Positions 12,135-25,107 of a stretch of 64,000 nt of DNA are shown here, in pieces. The stretch covers positions 160,952,001 to 161,016,000 of the forward strand of contig OZ024742.1 in assembly GCA_964016885.1 (NCBI GenBank), given 5' to 3'. The translations under genes and the position numbers were made by a program. Numbering within the stretch: position 1 is the stretch's first letter; each line of letters begins with the position of its first letter. A model generated the notes under the pieces. The model searched no databases. It saw only the letters and a list, made by a program, of their open reading frames with translations, and had not been told where the DNA came from. Source of the DNA: Eledone cirrhosa. Lineage: Eukaryota.

Positions 12135-12523
12135 AATAATGGACGCTTTCATCCAAACAACAAAAGCGCCTTGGTGGCACGTACACTCGCTTGCTTCAAC
12201 GCATTCAGAAGATAAGCTGGCGATATCTGCCTTTGAGAGAGATGTATGCCGGACTCCCACGCATATCTGTCGTTGTCAGTAAAAGGAGAGTAAGATTTGC
12301 TGGCCACTGCCATCGTCCCACCTACAAGGCTGTGTCCCCATTAGTGCTTTGGAAACCACAAGCAGTCACTAATAGCAGGGGGCGCAAACTTTCCAACCCA
12401 ATGTCATCTCCAGAGATTCTGGTATTGAAATGCAGGACTTGGCAACGGCAATGAACGACCGACCCGCGTGGAGATCAATTGATGAGTCCATTTCGGCTGA
12501 GGCCGCCGGATGATGATGATGAT
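12135..12523 (+). mobile_element. RTE-clade LINE 3' fragment
   Basis: GTYTRLLQRIQKISW..LPRIS..RRVRFAGHCHR..LVLWKP..RGRK; ends in a (GAT)n tail. Confidence 0.8.
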
Positions 12524-13307
12524 AAGACTATTTCAGCATAATACATCATTTTTCAATTTAGAGTCACATTCGTATTTTCTGGTATGTTTACATGCTCACA
12601 TATCTGTTAGACACGCAGTAACTAACAACATAATGTTTTAAGTCTGCGTGTTCTGACATATATGCGTAGCTTGTAAATAAAATATTCAAGGGGTTTCGCT
12701 GGCCGTGGTGATCCCTCCCAAACATGTTTTGCAATGTATCGTCTTATTGGCAAATTTCATCGTCTTATTGGCTAATCAACCAATGAGAGTAATTGTTGCT
12801 CAAAAGCATCCGCCACTTTGTTTGCACGTTTATTTATCGTTTCGCTTTCGAATCTTCCTCCTGTATTTCGTCGTTTATCATCAAAATATTTTTCTCGTTT
12901 TCGTAAGTTATATTGTTAATTTATATATGATTTTTTAAATTTATATTAACTAATTTTGTTTTCAGTTCGTTATAACATGCTTACTTGTGTATTTGTCCAT
13001 ATTATTGTTCGTTTTATGTTAGATTATTTTATTATTATTATGTTAGACTATTTGTATGTAAGATTTAATTTTTATTAATTCAACTATAACAATTATTATG
13101 TAAAATATATTTACTTAATATTGATTGTTTTTTGTAGTTGTTCATATTAAAAGTCTGAAAATATTTTTATACATCTTACAATAATATTTATAAGATCATT
13201 TATAAAATAACAATTATATAATCTAATTAAATTACAACGATAATTTATTATTAATATATATCATGTTTAACTAAAGTTATTACAAGCGTTGCCTTAAAAA
13301 AATATTA

Positions 13308-13757
13308 AACTAGACCTGAAAAATGCGCAAGCTCAAAAGAGCCACAGAATGTTATAATAAACCTTCAAAAGTGTGGGACTAGAGTTGTTGCTAAAAAATA
13401 TTGTAATCATTATCTATCGTACACTCTGAGGCATCCTTTTATAAAAAAGAGACTCATAACGAACTCAAGACGACACGATAATTATTTAAGTGAATTTATA
13501 ATATAGAATTCGGTTTAAGTGCATTTCGTTTAAGTGCCTTACTAAACATCTAATATGAGATATTGAACATTAGCTTAAATAATTATCGTGTCGTCTTGAG
13601 TTCGTTATGAGTCTCTTTTTTTATAAAACGATGCCACAGAGTGTACGATAGATAATGATTACAATATTTTTTAGCAACAACTCTAGTCCCACACTTTTGA
13701 ACGTTTATTATAACATTCTGTGGCTCTTTTGAGCTTGCGCATTTTTCAGGTTTAGTT
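13308..13757. repeat. long inverted repeat / fold-back element
   Basis: ~185-bp arms (13308-13491 and 13574-13757) with few mismatches; no ORF. Confidence 0.9.
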
Positions 13758-13818
13758 AGATATGTGTATATATTTATGCATGCTGGGTACGTACTCTGTA
13801 TTTATACAGATATAATTT

Positions 13819-13849
<31 letters not shown>

Positions 13850-14198
13850 GGGGGGCGTGTGTGTGTGGGGGGGGGGGGGGGCATGTGTGTGTGTGCATGT
13901 GTGTGTGCGTGCGTGAGTGTGTGTGTGTGCGTATGCGTGTGCGAGTGTGTGTGCGTTTGTGTGTTTGTGTATGTACACTGACATATACGTATAATGTATA
14001 TACATGTGTGCGTGTGTTGGTGTGTTTGTGTGCGTGCGTGTATACATTTTGTATAAAAAAAGTTACTTCCACAGGACAAGAACTGTTTCATTCTTTTGAA
14101 ATCATCAGGACTTACCTGGTGGTTCCAAACGAATGAAACGGTTCTAGTTACGTAGAAGTTATTTATATATATTAAATAATTATCTACCTTATTTAATG

Positions 14199-14241
<43 letters not shown>

Positions 14242-14245
<4 letters not shown>

Positions 14246-14872
14246 CAGGCATGACAGAGCTGCACAATACATACATTGGATAATGTGTAAGCATTTTGAT
14301 CTGCCCCATCAAAAGAATTGGTGGGAGCATCAACCACCTCCCATACTTGAAAAAGATCACATCTCAATCTTGTGGAACTTTAGCATCCAAACAGACCGAA
14401 AAATAGATGCAAATAGACCTGATATAATATTGAAGGACTTTAAAAAGAGGGTATGCCTGCTAATTGATATGTCCGTTCCAATAAACAAGAATGTATCTAT
14501 AAAAACATTTGAAAAATTGAGCAAGTATAAGAACCTGGAGATAGAAATTGGAAAATTGTGGAAATTGAGAACTAAAACAATACCAGCGGTTGTAGGCGCT
14601 CTGGGAATGATACCTAAGGGGTCTAATGATTACTTATCGTAAATCCCAGGAAACCCGCGTATAGGAGAAATACAAAAGATAGTACTAATGGGAACTGCTC
14701 ATATACTAAGGAAGATTCTGTCAATATAAGTACATCACAAGTCTAAACACTAAAGATGCATGTGTGAGTATGTATGTTCTCTTTTGAACATGGCGGACCT
14801 TGTTGTCTCTTGAGGTCACTGGTTGTGACTTGGTGATAACTCGTATGAACATAAAGCAAGATAAATGCAGCT

Positions 14873-14920
<48 letters not shown>
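14242..14920 (+). mobile_element. 5'-truncated copy of the R4/Dong-type LINE at 25108-28543
   Basis: Near-identical to 27884-28512 (RHD..ANRPDIIL..LIDMSVP..EKLSKY) with one premature stop; (AAT)n on both sides. Confidence 0.95.
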
Positions 14921-14921
<1 letters not shown>

Positions 14922-14963
14922 GTAGGAACTAAGTATCAATATAACACCATTATATTTATTGAT

Positions 14964-15050
14964 AGGTGACGCGCGTATTGCGATCAATCAGCTGAAGGTA
15001 CAATCGTTTGTGATCGGGCCCGACTGTGGAATCGATAGCTCATCAGACTT
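14964..15050 (-). ncRNA. degenerate hammerhead inside a short element with inverted ends (14921-15097)
   Basis: Reverse complement: aagt-CTGATGA-long stem II-AATA (GAAA mutated)-cgcgcg-TC-acct. Confidence 0.55.
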
Positions 15051-15112
15051 CTGGATTCTTGCATAAACATAATGTTATATTGATACTTCGTTCCTACTAA
15101 AGCAACAATAAT

Positions 15113-15633
15113 ACACTGAGGTAATTGCTGGCCTTGTGCCAAAAATAGAAACAATTATTATTGGTGATGGATTGGCAGTATCGGTAAAGCGTCGGACAAC
15201 AAGCTTCGTGGCATAGAGTTAAGCCCCTTTACGATCTGAGTTCAAATCTCGCCGAGGTCAGCTTTGCCTTTCATCCTTACGGGGACGATAGAATAAAGTA
15301 CCACTAATGCACTGGGTAATTGCTGGCCTTTTGCCAAAAAGTAGAAACAATTATTATTATTTGAATTGGCAGTATCAGTAGAGGGTCGGACGCCATGCTT
15401 TGCAGCAAAGAGTTACGGCCCTTTATGGTCTGAGTTCAAATCCCGACGAGGTTAACTTTTCCTTTCATCCTTACGGGGTAGATAAAATAAAGTACCAGTA
15501 ATACAATGGGATAATAGCTTGCCTTGTGCCAAAAGTAGAAACACTTATTATTATTATATATTTACACACACACACACGAGCACACACACACGCGCGAGCA
15601 CACGCACACACACACACGCGCGCGAGCGCACAT

Positions 15634-15674
<41 letters not shown>

Positions 15675-15790
15675 ATAATAATTGTTTCTACTTTTAGCAC
15701 AAGGCCACCAATTACCCAGTGCAATAAAGCACCAGTAATGCACTGGGTAATTACTGGCCTTGTGCCAAAAGTAGAAACAATTATTATTAT
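15113..15790 (+). mobile_element. head-to-tail tRNA-derived SINE copies (MetaSINE-like core) plus fragments
   Basis: A-box-like tggcagtatcgg, B-box gagttcaaatc, core gcctttcatccttacggggtcgataaaataaagtaccag, tail gtagaaacaattattatt. Confidence 0.85.
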
Positions 15791-16240
15791 ATATATGTGT
15801 GTGTGTGTGTGTGTGTGCGCGCGCGCGTACTTGTGTGTGTGTGTATGTGTAAATATATATATAGACATACATACATACACATAGACACACACACACATGC
15901 ACACACGCATATATTGTCACAATTTATCACAGTCTGTATATTTTCCTGAAATGCCCAGTTTCGTCACGAGCAGGCTATAAGCGAGTAATGTTGTCCAATA
16001 GCGAAACAAGAGCCAGTTACTGGCTAAGGGCGGAGAGAGGAAAATAAACGCCCTGCAAATAATTTATGTTTTGTCCGTCAAACTGTCTGAGCTAACCACT
16101 CGCTCCCTTTCAGCTGGCCACGCCCTTGCACAGAGATCAAATAAGTGAGAGGCGTCTTGTATTTACTACTTTCTAAAACTTAATATATGAGAGCTGTTAC
16201 GCATATTTGAACTTAAACTTGTATGACATGTAAAGTGTTT

Positions 16241-16379
16241 GTTTTTAAAATATAAATGAAAGTGACGTCCGGATTCTCTATACTCTGCATCCTGTCAGTC
16301 GGACCTAGAGGTGGAGGTGAAGTTAGTTGGTAGTGGAGGATAATCGTTCGGACATCACTTCCATTCATATTTTAAAAAC
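16241..16379. mobile_element. small MITE-like element
   Basis: ~33-bp imperfect terminal inverted repeats: gtttttaaaatataaatgaaagtgacgtccg / cggacatcacttccattcatattttaaaaac. Confidence 0.5.
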
Positions 16380-16877
16380 TTAATATATTTTCTTTCTTTT
16401 TTACAGTTCGCCATCAACAACAAAAATAAAACGTATTTTAACCCTTATTCTTTATTCTCATACTATTTTCTGATTTCAACCATGATTTGCGGTCAAGCGG
16501 AGGCACTGCTTTGACTTAATCGATCATATCGATACCAGCAATATTTTTATTATTCAAATTTGGTTCTTACTTTATCGATCTCTTTTTGAACCACCAAGTT
16601 ATGGGACATAAAACAGACACTGACCCAAACATTAATGAAAACATGGACTAAAGCAAACACACATAATATATAATATATAATACACACACATACACATATG
16701 TGTGTGTGGAATTTGGATGACGGAAATTGCAGAAGCTCGTCGTATATATTATAATGCGTGTATGTGGGTGTGTATTTGAGTGTGTATTTGTGTGTGTGTG
16801 TATATTTGAGTGTGTATTTGTGTGTGTGTGTGTATTTGAGTGTGTATTTGTGTGTGTGTGTGTATTTGAGTGTATTT

Positions 16878-16952
<75 letters not shown>

Positions 16953-17446
16953 GTATATCTGTGTTTCTATCCCCTAATTAGCAGTTCGACCAAAAAAAAG
17001 AAGATCGATAACTACCAGAATTGATTGAAAAATAATTACTAGGGTTCATATGATCGACTAAATTAATGCTGTACTCCAGCATGGCCGTAGTCTAATGACT
17101 GAAACAAATAATATAGTAAAAGAAAAGAATAGAAATATATTTTTATTTCTTAAAACTTATTTTCGTGCAATTATCTGAGTAAGTATTCAGTAAAATTGTC
17201 AAATAGTTTTATTCATGTCTTTTCAACTTTAAAATAAACATTTAGATTCAACACTCGTAGCTCCACCACCCTTATCACTCCAGCACCGGCACCACACTAC
17301 TGCTTTCACCCCCTACAAAATAAAGCGTTATGTCATATGTACTTATATATTTGCATATAAACATAAATACACTCACACACGTATACATAAATACATAAAT
17401 ACATATCTACAAGCATACACACACACACACATATATATATATACAT

Positions 17447-17477
<31 letters not shown>

Positions 17478-17480
17478 CAA

Positions 17481-17550
<70 letters not shown>

Positions 17551-17551
<1 letters not shown>

Positions 17552-17793
17552 ACAAAGAGGGTGTGGAAAGATACCAGGTGGACCATAACGCACCAGAGTA
17601 CTCGATACCTGAGGTAGTAGAGTGGATAATATGAAAAGATTCAGGACCTCGACGGCTGATTTCCGGCCGTTTCTACAGCTAGCTCCTACTTTCGTAGTGG
17701 ACCACTCTTCGACCCATACCACACTTAAATCCCATTCGGATCTAGCTGTCGAAATAGCCGGAGCTCAGCCGTCGGGGTCCTGAATATTTTCAT
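17551..17793. mobile_element. short fold-back element family carrying the 3' half of a hammerhead (also 5705-5755, 6457-6577, 30388-30590, 51746-51973)
   Basis: Shared ggtggaccataacgcaccagagtactc terminus and GAAA-cggc..gagctc..gccg-TC-ggggtc; copies abut (TA)n. Confidence 0.85.
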
Positions 17794-17843
17794 ACAAACA
17801 CACACACACGCGCGCACACACAACGCGCGAACGCGCACACACC

Positions 17844-17875
<32 letters not shown>

Positions 17876-18094
17876 TACACACATATGAGCGTTGACGTTA
17901 TGGAATTAATTTCATACCGAACTCGTCCTTTGGACTGTCTGCTCTACCAAATTTGAGTTTTCAGTACTATATATTTGGTCTTTATCCCCCACCCCGCAAA
18001 AAAAAGATATATATATAATACGTGTGTATGTGTGTATGTATGTAAAATCCCGACCGCTGCGCCATTCAATAGTCCCCGGTCTCAGCAGCACAGA

Positions 18095-18197
<103 letters not shown>

Positions 18198-18234
18198 AAG
18201 ATATATATATATATATATATATATGTATCTCTCT

Positions 18235-18370
<136 letters not shown>

Positions 18371-18593
18371 TCACACACGCGCACACACACATGCTTACGC
18401 ACGTGCACAAGTATAGCGCTTTCTACAAAACGCTTTTTTTTCCATTTCAGGTAGACACGCTCCATCAACCCCTTTTCTAAAAAATAAATCATACACAAAA
18501 CGCCAGCACCAACAGAGATGTCAATATGAATGGATTTGTTATTTTTATCTAAAGACATTTCCGTCCACTCAATCTATCTTATTTCTCATTCTT

Positions 18594-18629
18594 TCTTTTG
18601 ATGAAGGACTAGCGTCCGAAATGTTAAGA
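18594..18629 (+). ncRNA. minimal hammerhead, degenerate (sister copy 20170-20205)
   Basis: tctt-TTGATGA-aggac tagc gtcc-GAAA-tg-TT-aaga; the sister has CTGGTGA and GAAA-cg-TT, so their consensus restores the canonical core. Confidence 0.6.
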
Positions 18630-18760
18630 CCCTCTTCCTGCTATATCAAGCGTTAACCTAATATATCCCTTCAATATACTGTACCGATTGTGTTGTTATT
18701 TCTGTTTACCTTTTACATGTATATATATATATATATTGGACCTTTCCGACGGAATTACTT

Positions 18761-19902
<1,142 letters not shown>

Positions 19903-20340
19903 AATATAATATGGGGGAAAAGACAGGAAAATGAACGAATACAGACAGTAGTCGCTTTTCATCAGTCGACCGTTGTCTCGGTGCTATATATATATATATA
20001 TACATACAAAAGACGCTTTTGATAACATCTTTTCAAAGGACGGTCCACTGAAATTTCTTTCACCATAACAGGAGATGGCCAAATGAACAGACCTGCAATT
20101 CTCGAAATCTTTGCGTTTCTACCCGTGGTCACTCTTTAATTTCTATTTGTTCATTAATTTTTCATTCTATTTTCTGGTGAAGGACCAGCGTCCGAAACGT
20201 TAGAACTGTTTCTACTATATTAAGCATGAAACTAATATATATATATCTTCATTGTACTATATCGTCTGTTATGTTTTATCGTTTACTTTTCGCATATATG
20301 TACGTATATATATATATGTGTGTGTGTGTGTGTGAGTGTG

Positions 20341-20434
<94 letters not shown>

Positions 20435-20771
20435 CATGCGTATACTTTCAGATTTGTCTCACACATTATTAAGCATTAGTCTCACCACAGTCTTGCATTC
20501 CTCCCATATTCTTTTGAATAAGGGCTAGAACAAATGGGTCTCTAGAGATGCCATACACTGAAGGGTGCCGTAAATATATATTGAAGTGTAACCTTTTCTT
20601 TTGTATTTCTTTATAACCATTATATAATTTCTATTAGTAAGACGCAATGAGAGACATTCAAATCACCCGGTGAGATGACATCTGTCATAAAAATATAGTT
20701 CATTCGTAACGAAATTGACTTTGAATTAAAAAGATGTCAATCGTTTTGTCATCTTATATACACACACACAA

Positions 20772-20834
<63 letters not shown>

Positions 20835-21119
20835 TGTGAGTGTGTGTGTGTGTGTGTGTTGGAGCAACAGAACAGCCGGCGCGTGAAATTAATGTGCAAG
20901 TGGCTGAGCATTCCACTAAGACGTGTACCATTAATGTAATTCTCAGGAAGATTCTGCGCGATACAAGTGTAACAAATCTGAATTACAGATACAACTCATT
21001 TTACCGACGAAGTGGAATATAGCAGTGTGAAATAAAATATCTTGCTCAAGTACACAACGTTCGGGAGCTGAGCATCGTAACCAGTAATCCAGGCATCTTC
21101 ATGATAACTATATGTAATA

Positions 21120-22320
21120 ATTTAGGCACAAGGCCAGCAATTTGGGGATGAGAAAGTCGATTAAATCGATCCCAGTGCATTACTGGTGCTTTATTTTATC
21201 GACTAAGCTAACCTTGGCGGGATTTGAACTCAGGAAGTAAAGGGCCGCAACTCTATGCTACAAAGCAGATTGTCCAGCGCTCTACCGATACTGCCAAATT
21301 GCTTCTACTTTTGACACAAGGCCAGCAATTATACCAGTGCATTACTGGTACTTTATTTTATCGACCCGGTAAGGATGAAAGGCAAAGTTAAGCTCGCCGG
21401 ATTTGAACTCAGACCGTAAAGGGAAGTGACTCCATGCTATAAAGCATGGCGTCCGACCCTCTACTGATACTGCCAATCCACCGCCCTTAATGTAATAATG
21501 GTTTCTTATATAGGCACATGGCCAGCAATTTGGGGGAGGGGGAAAGTCGATTAAATCGACCCCAGTGCGTGATTCGTACTTCATTTTATCGACCCCGAAG
21601 GGATGAAAGACAAAGTTAACCTCGGTGGGATTTGAATTCAGATCATAAATGGCCGTAACTCTATGCTGCAAAGCATGGCGTCAGATCCTCTACCGATATG
21701 TCCAATCCACCGCCAATCCACCACCCTTTATATAATAATTGTTTCTACCTTTGGCACACGGCCAGCAATCCCAGTGTATTACTGGTACTTTATTTTATCG
21801 ACCCCGTAAGGATGAAAGGCAAAGTTAACCTCGGCGGGATTTGAACTCAGACCATAAAGGGACGTAACTCTTTGCTGCAAAGAATGGCGTCAAACCCTCT
21901 ACCGATACTGCCTATCCACCGCCCCTAAATATAATAATTGTTTCTACATTTTGCACAAGGCCAGCAATTACCCAGTACATTACTGGTACTTCATTTTATC
22001 GACCCTGTAAGGATCAAAGGCAAAATTAACTTCGACGGGATTTGAACTCACACCGTAAAGGGGCGTAACTATGCTGGAATGCATGGCGTCCGACCATCCA
22101 CTGATACTGCCAATTCATCGCCCTAAATATAATAATTGTTTCTACTTTAGGCACAAGGCCAGCAATTAACCAGTACGTTACTGGTACTTTATTTTATCGA
22201 CCCCCGTAAGGATGAAAGGCAAAGTTAACCTCGACGGGATTTGAACTCAGATCGTAAGGGGACGTAACTATGCTGGAAAGCATGTCCCACCCTCTACCGA
22301 TATTGCCAATTCACCGCCTT
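21120..22320 (-). mobile_element. tandem array of ~6 tRNA-derived SINE units (~180-220 bp each)
   Basis: Repeated tactggtactttattttatcgaccccgtaaggatgaaaggcaaagttaacctc..gatttgaactcag..ccgatactgccaatccaccgcc, separated by (AAT)-like tails. Confidence 0.92.
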
Positions 22321-22960
22321 GTAATGTTATTATGACAGCAATGAGAAATAAAGAAAGCATTATTATAAATAAAGAAAGCATTATGACAGCAAAGAGATTT
22401 TCTGGAATTATCCAAACAAGACATTGTTCGACTGTCGTTAAAATGTTATTTGTTAATTAGTTCTCAGTACGTATATATGGATCCGAAACTCATGATGGAG
22501 TCGTAGGGTGCCGTACCATCATACAGCGTCTCATGAGCATTTTAAACCTGGCGGAACCCATACTCTCTCCAGGTCTAAATATAACCAATTCCTCCCAGAA
22601 AATAAATGTGTGAGAGGAAGTGAGAAAGAGCTATAGAGGTAGAATCGAGCCCAGTACTGGACTGGTACTTTGTATCAACCTCGAAAAGACGATAGCAAAG
22701 TTGACCTCAGCGCGATTAGAACTCAGTACGCAGAGATACGAAACGAATAACGAAAAGCACTTCATCCGACGTTCTATCGACTCTGCCAATTCACTACTTT
22801 GTCAAAGCTTTTGGTTTTTCTTGTCGATGATGCGTTATTTCTCAAAACGCCTAGTATTTATTGAGGGAACTGAATCTTCTCCATCATGCGGTTTCGAGCG
22901 AGATGCTGTTCAACAGCTCCAGCTTCCGCAGTAGTGGATCGAAAATGAGTACATACAAAA

Positions 22961-23041
<81 letters not shown>

Positions 23042-23045
<4 letters not shown>

Positions 23046-23472
23046 CTTTGACGGACCAAGTGCATAATCTGAAACGGTTCCGTTATGTCGCCATTTACTC
23101 TGACCACCAAGCATATGCCGCTGTATATTGAAGCCATCAAGCCTCTGAAGCCAGGACCGAACACAATTGCTTTGGGGACAGTCTCCAGGTAGTGATGGTC
23201 GACCCTCTGAAGGACAATACAAAGACGGGGACAGTGGGGGTTTACATATAATCGTCTTACAAAATCAACAAAAACAATAAACAAAAAAATATCAACAACA
23301 GAATTCCCCAATAGGAGGGGGATACCACCCAGGGGTGACGTTAAGAACTCCACAAATATCAAACCACCCTCATCCCCAAGAGCACCCTAGGAGGGAGCCC
23401 CTCTCTCCTTCAATCTTTTCGGCCTACAGGCACATGTTCAGAGTGGGCCCATTTACACGGGCCATCCTCGCA
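23042..23472 (-). pseudogene. two L1/Tx1-type fragments (RT piece 23042-23216; 3' end 23217-23472)
   Basis: RVDHHYL..FGPGF..VVRVNG..VRQ and ARMARVNGPTLNMCL, homologous to the elements at 56.7-64 kb. Confidence 0.8.
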
Positions 23473-23552
23473 GGACGACGACGACGACGACGACGAAGAA
23501 GAAGAAGAAGAAGAAGAAGAAGAAGAAGAAGAAGAAGAAGAAGAAGAAGAAG

Positions 23553-23584
<32 letters not shown>

Positions 23585-23589
23585 GTATT

Positions 23590-25007
23590 AGTAAGTGTGT
23601 AGTCATTGTGATGAGGAGGGGTAAGTTGAGCAGAAGTAACGGAATCCAGATACCAACAGGTGAGATGATAAAAGAAATTGACTCTGAAGAAGGATACAAG
23701 TATTTGGGCGTTTTGGAGGCTGATGACATCAAGTACAAAAAAATGAAGGAATTGATAAGAACTGAATACCTCCGGAGAGTAAGGAGCGTATTAAAGTCAC
23801 ATCTGAACAGTAGGAATGCCATAAGTGCAGTAAATTCCCGAGCTGTGTCTATTATTAGGTACAGTGCGGGAATTCTGAGATGGAATGTTGCTGAACAAAA
23901 AGAAATGGATAGGAAGACTAGGAAGCTATTGACTATCTACAATATGTTCCACAAGAGGAGTGATGTCGATAGACTCTACTTAAGGAGATCTGAGGGTGGA
24001 AGAGGTCTTATCAGCATAGAGGACTGTGTTCAGATGGAGAAAAACAACCTACACAAATACGTGACTGATAGTAAGGAGCCAATGCTCAGAGCTGTACTGA
24101 AGGAGGGGACAATAGGCCAGGGGATGTCCAATGAGGAAATAACATCAAGGAGAAAGAGCAGTCTTCAGGAAAAATCCCTTCATAGTACCTTCTTTGAGAA
24201 AACTGAATTTAGAGATCCACAGACATGGAACTGGTTGAAAAGAGGAGACCTTAAAAAGGCTACAGAAGGAATGTTAATGGCTGCGCAGGAGCAAGCCCTC
24301 AAAACGAAGTGGCTGAAACACCACATTTACAAGGAGGAGGCTAGCCCACTGTGCAGGATCTGTGGAGAGATAGAGGAGACTGTGGCTCACATTGTATCCG
24401 AGTGTAAACACCTAGCCCAGACTCACTATAAGGGCTGGATACATGATGTGATGGGCAGGGTGATCCACTGGCACCTATGCAAAGTAAACAATTTACCACA
24501 TTCTGAGAAGTGGTATGAGCATAAGCCAGAGGCGGTGATAGAAAACGATCAGGTGAAGGTGCTGTGGGATTTTAGGATACAGACGGACAAGAAACTGGAA
24601 CACAATAGACCTGACCTGGTGGTTTTGGACAAAGAAAAAAGATCGTGCCTGATTGTGGATGTGGCCTGCCCATTCGACACGAGAGTGCAAGAGAAGGAGA
24701 GGGAGAAAATTAACCGATACCAGGACTTAAAGTGGGAGGTAAAAAGGATTTGGAACTGCCATGAAGTCAAAATGATCCCGATTGTCATAGGCGCACTAGG
24801 GACTATCTCAAAAAGTTTCCAGGGATAGTTAAAGAAAATTGGCCCCTTCACGCTTTTTGGAACGCTTCAAAAGGCATGCTTGCTGGGAACAGCAAGAACC
24901 CTCCGATACGTCCTGAATATCTGAGGCTGCAGGTAGTGGCTTGATATTCATCTCAACAAACTTTCCAGTTAACTAACATCAATGACTGAGACTCAAAGAG
25001 TAATAAC

Positions 25008-25056
<49 letters not shown>
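23590..25056 (+). mobile_element. 5'-truncated R4/Dong-type LINE (second family)
   Basis: YKYLG, GGRGL, CCHC finger CRICGEIEETVAHIVSEC, HNRPDLVV..IVDVACP..EK..RY REL domain; premature TAG at 24826; (AAT)n tail; preceded by (GAC/GAA)n. Confidence 0.92.
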
Positions 25057-25085
<29 letters not shown>

Positions 25086-25107
25086 AAGAAGAAGAAGAAG
25101 AAGAAGA

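Noticed and set aside
21120-22320. Regularly spaced repeats that might suggest a CRISPR array
   Set aside because: Units are whole ~190-bp SINEs with no unique spacers, there are no cas genes, and the context is eukaryotic
23335-23589. Poly-Arg N-terminus of the 497-aa ORF
   Set aside because: Antisense Tx1 3' end plus a (GAC/GAA)n tract upstream of a truncated LINE
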